64,000 nucleotides of DNA from Candidatus Binatia bacterium. GTDB lineage: Bacteria; Desulfobacterota; Binatia; Bin18. The stretch lies in the NCBI GenBank assembly GCA_963664395.2, contig OY761159.2, positions 1,728,001-1,792,000 of the forward strand. The letters run 5' to 3'. Shown here one piece after another: positions 41,901 through 48,269 of this stretch. The notes under the pieces were generated by a model that worked only from the letters and a program-made list of their open reading frames with translations, was not told the DNA's origin and did no database searches. Position numbers and translations under genes: made by a program. Every line of letters begins with the position of its first letter. Position 1 is the stretch's first letter.

Positions 41901-42286
41901 ACCGGGAGTTGTGCCCGGATGGCCCGGTACTTGGGCACGCTGTTGATGACCGTGCCGCCCAAGGCCCGGATGCGGGCCAGCACTGCCGACGTCACGTCCG
42001 CCCGGATGTCGACCGTGACGATCTCGTCCTTGGCGTCGGCGTCCCGTGCCTGCCGCCGCGCGTCGCTGCCTGCCTCCTGGGCGCTTTCTGCCGCGTCCAG
42101 GAGTTGGGAACTCAGCTTCCGTTGGGCCGGTGTCCGCCGCGCCTTCTGGGCCAGCAGCGCCTGAATTGACCGCCCGACCGGCTCTGGGAGGTTGCCGCTC
42201 GACTGCGCCCGGACGGGCCCGGCCAGGAGCAGGAGCAGGAGCGCCACCACCGCCCCCAGCCACCGGCACCCCGCGTCAATACGCAT
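29966..42286 (-). CDS. 4106-aa secreted protease-adhesin: S8/S53-like peptidase, three GLUG/FN3/Ig modules, cadherin and Ig-like repeats, PPC-like domain, twin C-terminal two-Cys domains
   Basis: Signal peptide; VISDG, GDEGTALLEIVHDLAPGA, GGNDG, GTSAAAPH; VGGLVG repeats; DYE cadherin motifs; Gly/Ser linker; DVDYF. Confidence 0.9.
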   Translation of the reverse strand: MRIDAGCRWLGAVVALLLLLLAGPVRAQSSGNLPEPVGRSIQALLAQKARRTPAQRKLSSQLLDAAESAQEAGSDARRQARDADAKDEIVTVDIRADVTSAVLARIRALGGTVINSVPKYRAIRAQLPVTAIERLAALAAVQTIRPADEAVTRKDNTTQGDAAHRATVARTTHRVDGTGIGIGVISDGVRTLAARQASGDVPAQVTVLPGQAGAGDEGTALLEIVHDLAPGAELYFATGNGGQARMAVNIEALCEAGANVIVDDIGYLLESAFQDDIVAQGVNAAVADGCVFFSAGGNDGNLTHGTSGVWEGDYAAGSALVVDGQTVGTKHDFGGGVEANELEGRSVRAIILQWADPLEDSSNDYDLFLVNENGAVLASSTDTQDGTQDPIEVISSPIFDYSGLSVVVVKASGANRYLRVQAHSGPLAVATAGTLYGHSAQENAISVAMVDVATAGGSDGVFDGTESVRSSNSDGPRRIFFEADGTAITSGNFSATGGKLLQKPDLTAATCVATATPGFSPFCGTSAAAPHAAAIGALMLEAAGGPEQVTLAQLRTAMTGAALDIEATGVDRDSGYGIVMAPAAVDAVDVAVADRNAAPTVTSSQSDRTFAAGAAAPPINLATVFSDPDATDTLTYEAVSSDPDRLAVTRSDAMVTLTPGSPGRAVVTLRAIDPDGLSAVELFSVTVTAGNRDYDADNDGLIDVGNLAQLDAMRYDLNGDGLVDGATWMPYYAAFPMGAPEMGCPADGCTGYELTGNLDFDTNGDGRADMVGDTYWNAGAGWEPIGEADDPFTADFEGDGHTIANLFIDRDTEDGVGLFGASNRSSMHGIGLVGVDVTGGDRVGSLLGHSVYATVIDSSATGRVSGQDEVGGLVGRTWGRVRHSYAAVNVSGADAVGGLVGHQLLNDLDSSYATGNVEGMNAVGGLVGAVSDRYQVILASYATGDVSGGGARLSESDSGFIICDGLGFFTTFGPVETPTSSGGGVGGLVGSSCGVIEASYATGAVSGDVAVGGLVGSGQSVRVRAGYWDLETSGVRVGVGEDDENDNGVIDGTESQRLGVGGKTTAELQTPTDYTGIYAAWNVDLWNFGTSTQYPALSLDLNDDNRATWQEFGYQVRDGLTLTATTTESQAQVVLSWNAVSTSPWNPDPPDVSYTLYRDDGTTIEAIAENLTGLTHTDTGVTIDDDYTYWVAAVVDGGEAAHSAPVVVIAGTGNQPPVAVGIVADRELLVGATAVVVDVAGAFDDPDADTLTYAASSSVTSVVTLSRSSSMLTITPASAGRTIITVTATDAGGSNTSVSQRFTVTVGHNYDADEDGLIAISNLAQLHAMRHDLDGNGVPVSAGSAAYAAAFPDAFARLGCGIDGCSGYELTKDLDFDTDGDGSADAGDTYWNAGEGWEPIGLPRGRIFGILLGAFNATFDGNGHSIANLFVARDDHSGLFGAIRSRGAVRDVRLTDVDVTGKQHVGGLAGENHGVVSRVQSTGQVSGEVQVGGLVGGNLGTIALSRSSAAVTGMAPPDFVRTSDLDRGTGGLVGYNGGAVRGSYATGRVVGNRNVGGLVGWNFNDGFVGAIRSHASIVGSYATGSVAGRSSVGGLVGTNGISGNAPFVLGEIKASYATGRVSGPSRSVGGLVGYDSGDDSTIITASYWDTNTSGQTSGSFGIGKTTAQLKAPTGYGGIYGSWNVDLDDDGRNNDPWHFRTGSQYPVLKANVDGQGAATWQEFGYQLRSGPTLMTPTVTPTVTAGQAQVDLDWTAVDVGSWTPPPDVTYTVTRADGDTVEILEEGLGVLLYTDSAARTGATLSYQVIAVVDGGEPVRSAVVEVTTSGNSPPLPVGTLSDRWLHAGDAAGVEVGKAFEDPEGDTLTYTAASSATGVVTVSVSGSRVTLTPVAAGTATITVTATDAGGSMAGGTQTLTVTVQSSSATDYDTDDDGLIEITELEQLDAMRHDLNGDGVPTTDGATAYAAAFSTVGDRQACGGLTGCVGYELADNLDFDTNGDGSAGAGDMYWNGGAGWEPIKTAPTPGVIVFGAGFRAIFEGNGHTIANLFIDRDSNVGLFGRTSYGSVIRHVGLIDVMVSGSSNVGGLAGTANGSVIGSYVTGTVTGTGEDVGGLAGATWGSLVVASYAAVEVTGGNNVGGLIGENDAAVTASYATGWVAGDDNVGGLVGSNGRTITASYATGPVAGVRNVGGLVGRNTRSFGFTGTVTTSYWDTTTSRRTSSAGGQGRTTGQLQTPTGYSGIYAQWNVDLDGDGEANDPWHFDTGKYPALQVNGDGQGTDWKKFGYQLRAGPTLTATGSATQVDLSWTAVDTSPWNPDAPDVTYIVYRNSGSTVSTVAENISGLEHTTTGVTDTYQVSAVVTGGEAVRSRWGAVVAAPNQPPTFDEGNSATRSVPENTPAGRDIGMPVVASDADNDPRTYSLGGDNAADFSINTSTGQLRTKARVTYDYETQATYSVTVSVHDGKAADHTSDTTIDTSIDVTITLTDVNDPAMFPSTETGSRSVDEHTGAGVNIGDPVEADDDDGDPRTYSLGGTDAASFTINTSTGQLRTQDGVTYDYETPKKSYRVTVSVRDSKNDDGEADMATDDTITVTINVVNVEEAGMVTLMGTPPQELQQLTAALSDPDGGLRGISWQWARSANSTGPWTDIIGETSPRYPPGAADLGQYLRASATYTDDQGSGKRASQATTTSVQAAPKVRLHLSDTSISEDGTESSTVTASLDRVSSENTTVTVSAPTSDVMLSGSTLTIEKGEPASTGTVTLTAKPNNVDAPDKTVQVSGKTNNRLVANPDPQDLKIVDDDPAPAVELLLTPPQISENKQVSTVTARLSHASSEATTVVVSAAAVPPAVAGDFALSPNTTLTIPAGATASRGTAVTLTSVNNDTDAPNKQGTVSGRATNTQGIAGDPADAPLSITDDDPAPTLELALMPESIGENGEVSTLTVKLDRPSSANTTVTISADPEEVVTLSSSTLTIPAGEEEGTVTLTAVENTTDAPDKQVTVRGEVKEEDYLLGPIAPATAELTVTDNDNPPEVTLVLSETQIDEDGGVSTVTATLDRASSQQIVVTVATASEYTPSTPRTLTIPAEKTESEGNTVTLTAVDNDIDAADATVMVSGTTRPSGLTVKAAELTIRDDDTRGVTVSPTELTVIEGSSDTFTYTVVLKSEPTAPVTVEIMKTPSSDTDVRVASSRLTFRANTWDDEQAVRVSADDDPDAADDTATITHTVSGGDYEGETADDVDVTVEDKEDDATAVILTVNRDVPESSTGTVVRVTGTLNGAPKQYETVVRVTVTTDTAGPDDFNAVSPFDLTIAAGQERGTADFTLTPVNDLMDEPPETVTVDGSATVRDGPSIVERLDVTGTTVTITDNDDPPTLTLELSADSITESGVDNRATVMAVLNHPSSEVTTVDVTAAAVPPAVAADFTLNGTSLTILAGETESIGGVTLTARNNPEDEADKQVTVRGRAENAQGVQSMNVRPVIVTITDDDPPEVEGDSDPEYVEGGTGPVATYTASNPDPRNISIRWGLDGADKDAFTISNGVLRFTASPDYEDPNNLDNEYAVTVQATASDEPLPGPLVVTVTIEDALGMVRLLSNQPQLGRELTARVSDPDGVDTATTEWCWERSLLPAFPPTDTDRIACAFTPTTTATYTPVDDDLGYYLRATVSYTDGQGTAKREAVTAVTTNTVLARGSGGGGGGSGGGGSGGGGGGGRGPACAEDLHGNSAAQATDIALSAVTAGAICPAADVDYFTVTVPGQGLIFVDTTRGVPTRGTIWQDGTVLATGPTGRQPDDRLGARVQAGPIVVAVQGQGGATGTYAVEITFTPGYLENPGADSFQSGVGILSGWVCEAAVVEIELNGMPQEAAYGTERLDTAGVCGDTDNGFGLLFNWNLLGDGDHTVVAFVDGVELDQASVTVTTLGQEFLRGVAGTCEAADFPTQGERVTLVWQQNSQNFVIAGGSPPAGATTGRTSGLTGYLENPGHNSFQSGVRVLSGWVCDADTVELAIGTAGRQVAAYGTERLDTAGVCGDTDNGFGLLFNWNLLGEGEHEVVAYVDDVELGRATVRVTTLGEEFLRGAEGECVVDDFLRLGQSVLLEWQQNSQNFVITDVE

Positions 42287-42809
42287 CCATCCCCCCAGCT
42301 TTGTCGTGGCTGTTCTTGCGAGTCACCGCCTCATCGGCGGGGCGGATCGTCTGCACTGCGGCCAGCGCGGCCAGCCGTTCCAGGGCATTGAGTGGGAGTT
42401 CTGCCCGGATGGCCCGATACTTGGGAACGCTGTTGATGACCGTGCCGCCCAGAGCCCGGATGCGCGCCAGCAGCGCCGGCGTGACGTCGGCCCGGATGTC
42501 TACCGTCACCAGCTTGGCCAACGTCGGCTTGTCCGAATCCCGTCGGTGTGCTCCGCCCTCAGACGCCTGGGGCTGCCGGCTTCCCACCATATCCAGGAGT
42601 TGCGAACTCAGCTTCCGCTGCGCCGGCGTCCGTTGCGCCTTCTGGGCCAGTAGGGTCTCAATCTGCTGCGCCGTGGTCGTCGCCCGTTGCTTGGCGTCCG
42701 GCTGCACTGGCTGTGCGCAGACGGACTCGACCAGGAGCAGGAATACCACTGCGGCCCCCAGCATCCAGCACCCCGCGTCAAGATTCGCCCGTCCCCTCAG
42801 CTTTGTCAT
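42276..42809 (-). CDS. Stand-alone signal peptide plus propeptide paralogue of the giant protease
   Basis: Shares LLAQKA.RTPAQRKLSSQLLD and VTVDIRADVT...IRPADEAVTRK with the giant protein's N-terminus; GGAAGG RBS before ATG 42809. Confidence 0.7.
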   Translation of the reverse strand: MTKLRGRANLDAGCWMLGAAVVFLLLVESVCAQPVQPDAKQRATTTAQQIETLLAQKAQRTPAQRKLSSQLLDMVGSRQPQASEGGAHRRDSDKPTLAKLVTVDIRADVTPALLARIRALGGTVINSVPKYRAIRAELPLNALERLAALAAVQTIRPADEAVTRKNSHDKAGGMDAY

Positions 42810-42870
42810 GCCTGGAGTCAATTCCTTCCAAATGAGTGCTGCGTACTGATAGTATTCCATATCAATGCTG

Positions 42871-43189
42871 GGTAGTGTCTCACTTTGAATGTCTTTCACC
42901 TCAGCCCCTGAGCGGGCCCCCGTTCGGGGAGGCAGGCCGGAGGGAAGAGTGACAGCAAGGCGTCCGCGGAGCGGGGCCTTTCAGAGGCAAACAGCAGGCA
43001 TGGGGGGCGGGGTGCGGGGAAGTTCATGTTTTTTCCTGGTCAGAATCTTTCAACCTGCGACGCTACGCATCGGGGGTTGAGAATATGTCTCTACCCCATT
43101 CCGCTCCCCCTGGCCCCCCTAAAATGGGAGGAATGTTCACCAAACATACCGGGGGCCGAGAAGCAAAAAGGTCAAACTGAGACACTACC
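42871..43189. mobile_element. 319-bp MITE
   Basis: TIRs ggtagtgtctcactttga / tcaaactgagacactacc; perfect 8-bp TSD caatgctg (42863-42870 and 43190-43197). Confidence 0.92.
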
Positions 43190-43240
43190 CAATGCTGGCT
43201 GTCCACTCCTCCATAACAGCATTTGGATGCGCTCCTACGG

Positions 43241-45874
43241 TCAGCGAGCCGGTGCGGCTGAACTGGAAGCTGCGGGAACACCCTCCGCCGTGGCTTCCTC
43301 AATGCGTTTACGGACATCCGCAGCTATCTCAAGCACCTCCGTAGGCGCGCGAACCGTCTCGCCGCTACGCTGGCGCAGAGCAACGATCAGGGGTGCCAGC
43401 GCCCCGGATTTCGTCCCGTCACTCGTGAGGATTTCGACAAGATCATGCTCCGAAGCGCCGGCTGCAATTAAATTAAGCACGAGCCTCAGTATCTCATTCA
43501 GCACAGCTGTGTCGTTGGAAGGGAATACGGCATACGCGGAGCGGAACGCGGTCATGGCGGCCGACTGTTTTTGCTGGACCATCAGCGCCAGCGCACGCAA
43601 GCCAAGGACCTGCCATTTACTCCAGACTCTCTCGTTTTCGGCCAAGGTGTCGATTCTTCCTTCGAGTTCTTCGAAGATGTGTAGCGCCTCTTCCGCGCGA
43701 CCCATCTCGACGAGTCTCGTCCCCTTACAGCCCAGTGCAATCACCACTTGTATCCGCGTCTCTGGCGTATCACTACTGCCGTAGCGGTCAATCAACTCCT
43801 GGTACGATGCGATTTCTCCCTCGAAATCACCAAGACCGCCTCGCGTAGACCCTCGATTCAGAAGCGCAGTGGCAATCCAAGCATTGGCCTCCGGCACCTC
43901 ACTCTTGCCACAACGTCTGATCACCTCGTCGTACGCCGCGATGGCGGTTTCAGCATCCTTCTGCTGCGCCCGGATAGTATGCCCCTTTTCGAGAAATGCC
44001 CCGATAACCGACCTCTGAACTTCCGGTCTCTTGCTGTCTCCAAAGCGTTCCACAACGTCATCGACCAGCGCCAGCGCCGTCTCATAATTGCCCAGTGCTC
44101 TCTGCGCTTTTGCCTGGAAGAGCAATGCCTCGGCTATAGATTGCTGGAGGGGTGGCGCATTGAATGCGCTCAGCCTCTTCTCGACTTCTTTGCACTGCGT
44201 AATCGTTGTCAGAAAATCGCCCAGTTCAAATCGGGCCATCGCCCCCTGAAGCAACACTTCGGCGAATCGGTACAAGACTAGGACATCGCGAGCTTTGCGA
44301 AAACGTCCGCGGATGTCGTTACTAATCGCAATCACCGACTGGAGATCTCCCATCTGAAAATAAGCGCCGGCTTTCATATGTGACAGATAGGCAAGCCAAT
44401 GCTCTGACCTCTGGGACGTCTTGAGTCTCCCGGAAGCAGTAAATCGTTCGATGACCTCAATGACTCTCTCCAATGCCCCTTCCCGAAATGCCGTTTTGAT
44501 ATCTTTTTCGAGACGGTCTTCGGCCATGGTTTGGTGATGGTCTTCAGCCTCGTCTGATACCTCTTTGAGAAAATCCCATTTCATGCGGGAGGCTAGGTCT
44601 TCAGCAGGCGGTTTCCTGGCAAGTGCGCGAGCAATTCCAGCGTGGACGATCGCCGAGTCCCTGGCCTCCGACCACAACTGGTCGTGCATACGCGACAGTT
44701 CGGAAGGGTCGTAAAACGCCACCATGAAAAGGATGAGGTTTTCGACAACAGCCGACTCGTCACGTTCACGCCGGAGCTTGTAATAGATACTGTAGAGGGG
44801 CTCCGCGGCGGCATACGTCTGCTTTCTGCCATGGCCCGCCTTCCTGACCGCACCCCGTTTGACGAGCCGCCCGAGCATGGTCGATACCACCCGAACATCC
44901 ATCCGGGCACGCGCGGCGATCTCGCCGGGGCTCGATAACCGCCAGAGGTCCAGCACTGCGACATAGACGCGGCGCTCACTCTTGGGCAGCACCTCCAGAT
45001 GCCCCCGGAAATATTCGGTATGCTCGTCGATCAGTGTGACCAGCTCCTCCATCAGCCGCCTGAGGGACCGATGCTGCGCGAACCCGGCAATGATGACCAA
45101 CAGGCGGGGACTTCCGCCGGTCAGGATCTCAAGCGGCCTGATCTCACGTCCGCTCACGGTGTCACCGCTGACGACCTGCCATAAGCGCCGGCACTCTTCA
45201 GTATTCAACGGTTCCAACTGAACGGTGCGGAACAGCTCGAAGAACGGCTCCTGCGCATCGTCCAGCCTCTCGAAACGACTGGTGGCGGTGGCGAGCAAAA
45301 TGATCTGGGGTTCCGACTGCAACGTCCCACGCAGCTTCCAGCCAAAGTCGTCGTCTACGTTTTCGCAGAGCGCTTGCAGGTTCTCGACCATGAGCACCAG
45401 CTTCTTCCCCAGCCGGTTTGCCGCGTCCAGGACCGCGGCGTGGGCATAATCTTCTAACATCTGCTCACGCCACCGACCGGCCAGGTCGGCGTGCGTCGCT
45501 CGCAACTCCCGCGCGAACTCGGGATCGTGCGCTTCGCTCGCCCTGGCGAGGTGGAACAGAGTTTCGAGCCAGAAGTCGGCCAGCGTAAAAATCTCCTGGC
45601 TCTCTTCCATGAATTGGACTGGTAACAAACACTCGGAGAGGGCCGCGTCAGTGTGCAGCTCTGCGGCGACACGAGCGAGCAGCATGGTTTTTCCACGGCC
45701 GCGCGGGGCAACAATCAGAACGTGCTGGCAAGACGGCGATTCGATGTTCCCGCGCAGGACCTCAAGCACGATGTCGAGTTCGTGTTGCCGGACCACGAAC
45801 TGCGCTCTGATCTCGTCATCGGATTGGAGCGTCCCTGGATTGAACTTGCGGATCGACTTACCTAAGGCATCCAT
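43241..45874 (-). CDS. STAND-like ATPase with winged HTH and C-terminal TPRs
   Basis: Walker A APRGRGKT, atypical Walker B VLMVEN, TGGSPRL, wHTH, TPR-like repeats. Confidence 0.85.
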   Translation of the reverse strand: MDALGKSIRKFNPGTLQSDDEIRAQFVVRQHELDIVLEVLRGNIESPSCQHVLIVAPRGRGKTMLLARVAAELHTDAALSECLLPVQFMEESQEIFTLADFWLETLFHLARASEAHDPEFARELRATHADLAGRWREQMLEDYAHAAVLDAANRLGKKLVLMVENLQALCENVDDDFGWKLRGTLQSEPQIILLATATSRFERLDDAQEPFFELFRTVQLEPLNTEECRRLWQVVSGDTVSGREIRPLEILTGGSPRLLVIIAGFAQHRSLRRLMEELVTLIDEHTEYFRGHLEVLPKSERRVYVAVLDLWRLSSPGEIAARARMDVRVVSTMLGRLVKRGAVRKAGHGRKQTYAAAEPLYSIYYKLRRERDESAVVENLILFMVAFYDPSELSRMHDQLWSEARDSAIVHAGIARALARKPPAEDLASRMKWDFLKEVSDEAEDHHQTMAEDRLEKDIKTAFREGALERVIEVIERFTASGRLKTSQRSEHWLAYLSHMKAGAYFQMGDLQSVIAISNDIRGRFRKARDVLVLYRFAEVLLQGAMARFELGDFLTTITQCKEVEKRLSAFNAPPLQQSIAEALLFQAKAQRALGNYETALALVDDVVERFGDSKRPEVQRSVIGAFLEKGHTIRAQQKDAETAIAAYDEVIRRCGKSEVPEANAWIATALLNRGSTRGGLGDFEGEIASYQELIDRYGSSDTPETRIQVVIALGCKGTRLVEMGRAEEALHIFEELEGRIDTLAENERVWSKWQVLGLRALALMVQQKQSAAMTAFRSAYAVFPSNDTAVLNEILRLVLNLIAAGASEHDLVEILTSDGTKSGALAPLIVALRQRSGETVRAPTEVLEIAADVRKRIEEATAEGVPAASSSAAPAR

Positions 45875-45891
45875 TGCAGGCCTCCTCGTGA

Positions 45892-47115
45892 CTAGTCATC
45901 AGAACGACGGCTTTCGAGGGAAATATGGTGGTCCCGGAAGCGGGCTGCCCACCAGTCCTTTAGCAAGCGCGATGGGAAGCGATAGCCACCGGCGCTGGCT
46001 TCCAGATAGCCGTCGTGGACCAGGACATCGAGCGCGTCCGTAATGCGCTCAGGTGCATCGTCGACTAGCTCCGAATACAAGCGCTCCAGGGAGCGCCTCG
46101 CACCTGGAGTGAACACATCCTGAATCGCCGTCTCAGCGAGAACCTCCATGGCAATGGAGTAGCTCTTATTCTCCAGGCCCTCCTTGAGGCGTGTCTCGTA
46201 ATGCATGAGGTCGCTTTGGCCTGAAGGTCCAAGCAGCGCGTTGCGATAGACATCGCCGACATCTTCCACCGTTACCCGGTCTCGGCCCTGCATGATGGCA
46301 TGGTCCCGTAATCGGGCGAAGAAAGACTGCACATGGTGGGGGATACCGAGGCCCAGCATGTCGTACACCGCCTCTGCCACGCCGTCCTCAACCGGTAAGG
46401 CGTAGTTCTCCGCGAGCCGGTCGAAACAGGTAACGCTGGTGTCACGGTCCCACGGACCCAGGCGAAAGGGATAGAAATGGTTGATGCGGTCGGGTATGCC
46501 GAGCCGCTTGACGAGCGGTTCGAGCCCAATGCTGCCGGATACGATAAGGACGAGAGAGCCGTCGCTGATACTTTGCAGTACACCGCGGAGCCAGCTCAGG
46601 AATTCGTCTACGTGCCGTGCGCCGTCGTTCCCGTGAAGAAGGCGCTTGAGGAAGATCGGTAACTCGTCAATGACGAGAAGCACCGGCTTATCCTGTGCGG
46701 CGCAATCGCGCAGCAGTTGTTCCCCGTAATGCCGCCAGCTTCCAGCATTGAGCCCGGCACGGACCTTGACGCGAAATTCGGACGCACTGACCTCCTCGAC
46801 CTTGTCGCTGAACCAACGACTCATCGTGGTGGCAAGGCGGGACGAGATCGGGCGAATGGGGTGCACGGCCTGTGCGATAGACGCAACCGCATCCTCCGCA
46901 CAGGTCGCCCCCTCGACATCAGTGGAAAGAAAAATCCACCCCTTGTTCTTGAGGCGGCGGCCGAGTTCCTGGGTGACACTGGTTTTTCCCATGCGCCGCT
47001 GTCCGGTCAGCAGTACATGGTTACGGTCTTGGACCTGTGTTTCTAATATCTGTAACTCGCGCTCGCGATTAAAAAAGTCGTCGCCGCTGACCCAACGGCC
47101 GGTGGATGATCTCAT
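45892..47115 (-). CDS. STAND-like AAA ATPase (archaeal ATPase-like)
   Basis: FFNRERE, GQRRMGKT, LLVIDE, SGSIGL, GIPHHVQ, C-terminal wHTH. Confidence 0.88.
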   Translation of the reverse strand: MRSSTGRWVSGDDFFNRERELQILETQVQDRNHVLLTGQRRMGKTSVTQELGRRLKNKGWIFLSTDVEGATCAEDAVASIAQAVHPIRPISSRLATTMSRWFSDKVEEVSASEFRVKVRAGLNAGSWRHYGEQLLRDCAAQDKPVLLVIDELPIFLKRLLHGNDGARHVDEFLSWLRGVLQSISDGSLVLIVSGSIGLEPLVKRLGIPDRINHFYPFRLGPWDRDTSVTCFDRLAENYALPVEDGVAEAVYDMLGLGIPHHVQSFFARLRDHAIMQGRDRVTVEDVGDVYRNALLGPSGQSDLMHYETRLKEGLENKSYSIAMEVLAETAIQDVFTPGARRSLERLYSELVDDAPERITDALDVLVHDGYLEASAGGYRFPSRLLKDWWAARFRDHHISLESRRSDD

Positions 47116-47143
47116 GGATTAGCCTTTACAACAAAAATAATGT

Positions 47144-47185
47144 CAACAGTTTTGTTGTAAGATATATTATTCAACAGAATTGTTG
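47144..47185. promoter_or_regulatory. Two palindromic CAACA-N4-TGTTG sites upstream of the ATPase pair
   Basis: caacagttttgttg (47144-47157) and caacagaattgttg (47172-47185) in an AT-rich tract that overlaps a minus-strand TTGACA. Confidence 0.55.
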
Positions 47186-47363
47186 TCAACGGTTGTCCGA
47201 GCGCTTGAAAAAATTCGAGATAGCCAACAAGAGCGAGCGCGAGGACCGCTACGGGAATCTGAATAGCCAAGCCAAATCTCGCACGAAGTCTTGCGACTGA
47301 CGATGCAAGCGCGTATATGGCAGCAGCCAGGGTCAGAAACGTCAGGAATCCATCTAGAGTCAT
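47186..47363 (-). pseudogene. N-terminal fragment of a membrane protein
   Basis: MTLDGFLTFLTLAAAIYAL...YLEFF, two TM segments, then runs into the AT-rich promoter region. Confidence 0.45.
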
Positions 47364-47606
47364 ACAATCCCTTTTAGCTATCAAGGAAAAGGGATATCTC
47401 GTAGCGCTCAGCCTCGCTGGCATTTCCCCGGTGGAGGTTTATCGTCTGTGTCCTGAGGCGAGCCGCGGCTGCCAGATTGCGCCCTTCCTCCCCGTATTTC
47501 CCCCTCACGTCTCCCTTCGGTACAGTGGGGTCGGGCCGTAGCAGCCTCATATGAAAGCCGGGGGAGGCGGGCCGGCCCCATAAGTCCAGAATCGGTCCAC
47601 AACGCT

Positions 47607-48062
47607 TCAATCTCCTGCGCTTGGGCTACACACGGTCAGGGAGACACAGGTACCGAGCTGGCGTAAGACAGCGTCTATAGTACCTGCTTTGGTGGCATGG
47701 TCCGGGTTCAACATACGCCGCACCTCGCTTTCGGCCATGGCCAAGTCGCGGGCGAGGCGTCGTTGCGAGCGGTTGGTCTGGCGCTAGGCTTCGTATAAGG
47801 CCGCTTTCAGGGCGATCTGGAGCGGTGGGACGACCAACGGCCGCCGTTTGCTGGCGCGCGACGGCTCGGGCAAGGCTTGGCCCTCGCGGATCGTCGTAGC
47901 GATCAGCTCCCGCAGTAAGTCCTTCGCCTCGTCCAGCGCTTCGTCGCGGGTCGCTCCATCTGTCGCCCCCCAACCGAAATCTGGAAACGTGACGACAAAC
48001 CGTCCGTCTTCATCACATTCGAGCTCCACAGGGTAGTTAAAAGTGTCAGGCATAGGTTGCAC
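47607..48062 (-). pseudogene. hicB: HicB antitoxin with premature TAG
   Basis: YPVEL..DEDGRFVVTFPDF...TDG.T.DEAL..A.D.L. Beyond the TAG at 47784 the frame continues as an HTH: RQTNRSQRRLARDLAMAESEVRRMLNPDHATK. Confidence 0.85.
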
Positions 48063-48092
48063 CAGGGGTGGGTTCCTTTTTGTATCACACGT

Positions 48093-48191
48093 CTCCCTGG
48101 AGGGGTGGCCCGAAGTCAGTAGGTCGGATTAGCGAAGCGTAATCCGACACGTCCGGGCTGTCGGATTACGCCTGCGGCTAACCCGACCTAC
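48093..48191. repeat. REPIN-like inverted GTAG REP doublet fused to a partial CCCTGGAGGGG unit
   Basis: gtaggtcggattagcgaagcgtaatccgaca ... tgtcggattacgcctgcggctaacccgacctac. Confidence 0.9.
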
Positions 48192-48269
48192 AAGACTGTC
48201 CATCCCCAAAGAGGCGAGTGGTCAAGCGGCATCAATATGATATGAGGGAACTCTCGCAAGGAGGAAATA

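Noticed and set aside
47420-47606. Possible ncRNA or element end
   Set aside because: No tRNA fold, terminal repeat or second copy identifiable by eye.
47784-47786. In-frame TAG in hicB (also 9286 in the transposase) as pyrrolysine or recoding
   Set aside because: TAG ends intact genes here, and both cases lie in decaying loci; nonsense mutation is simpler.
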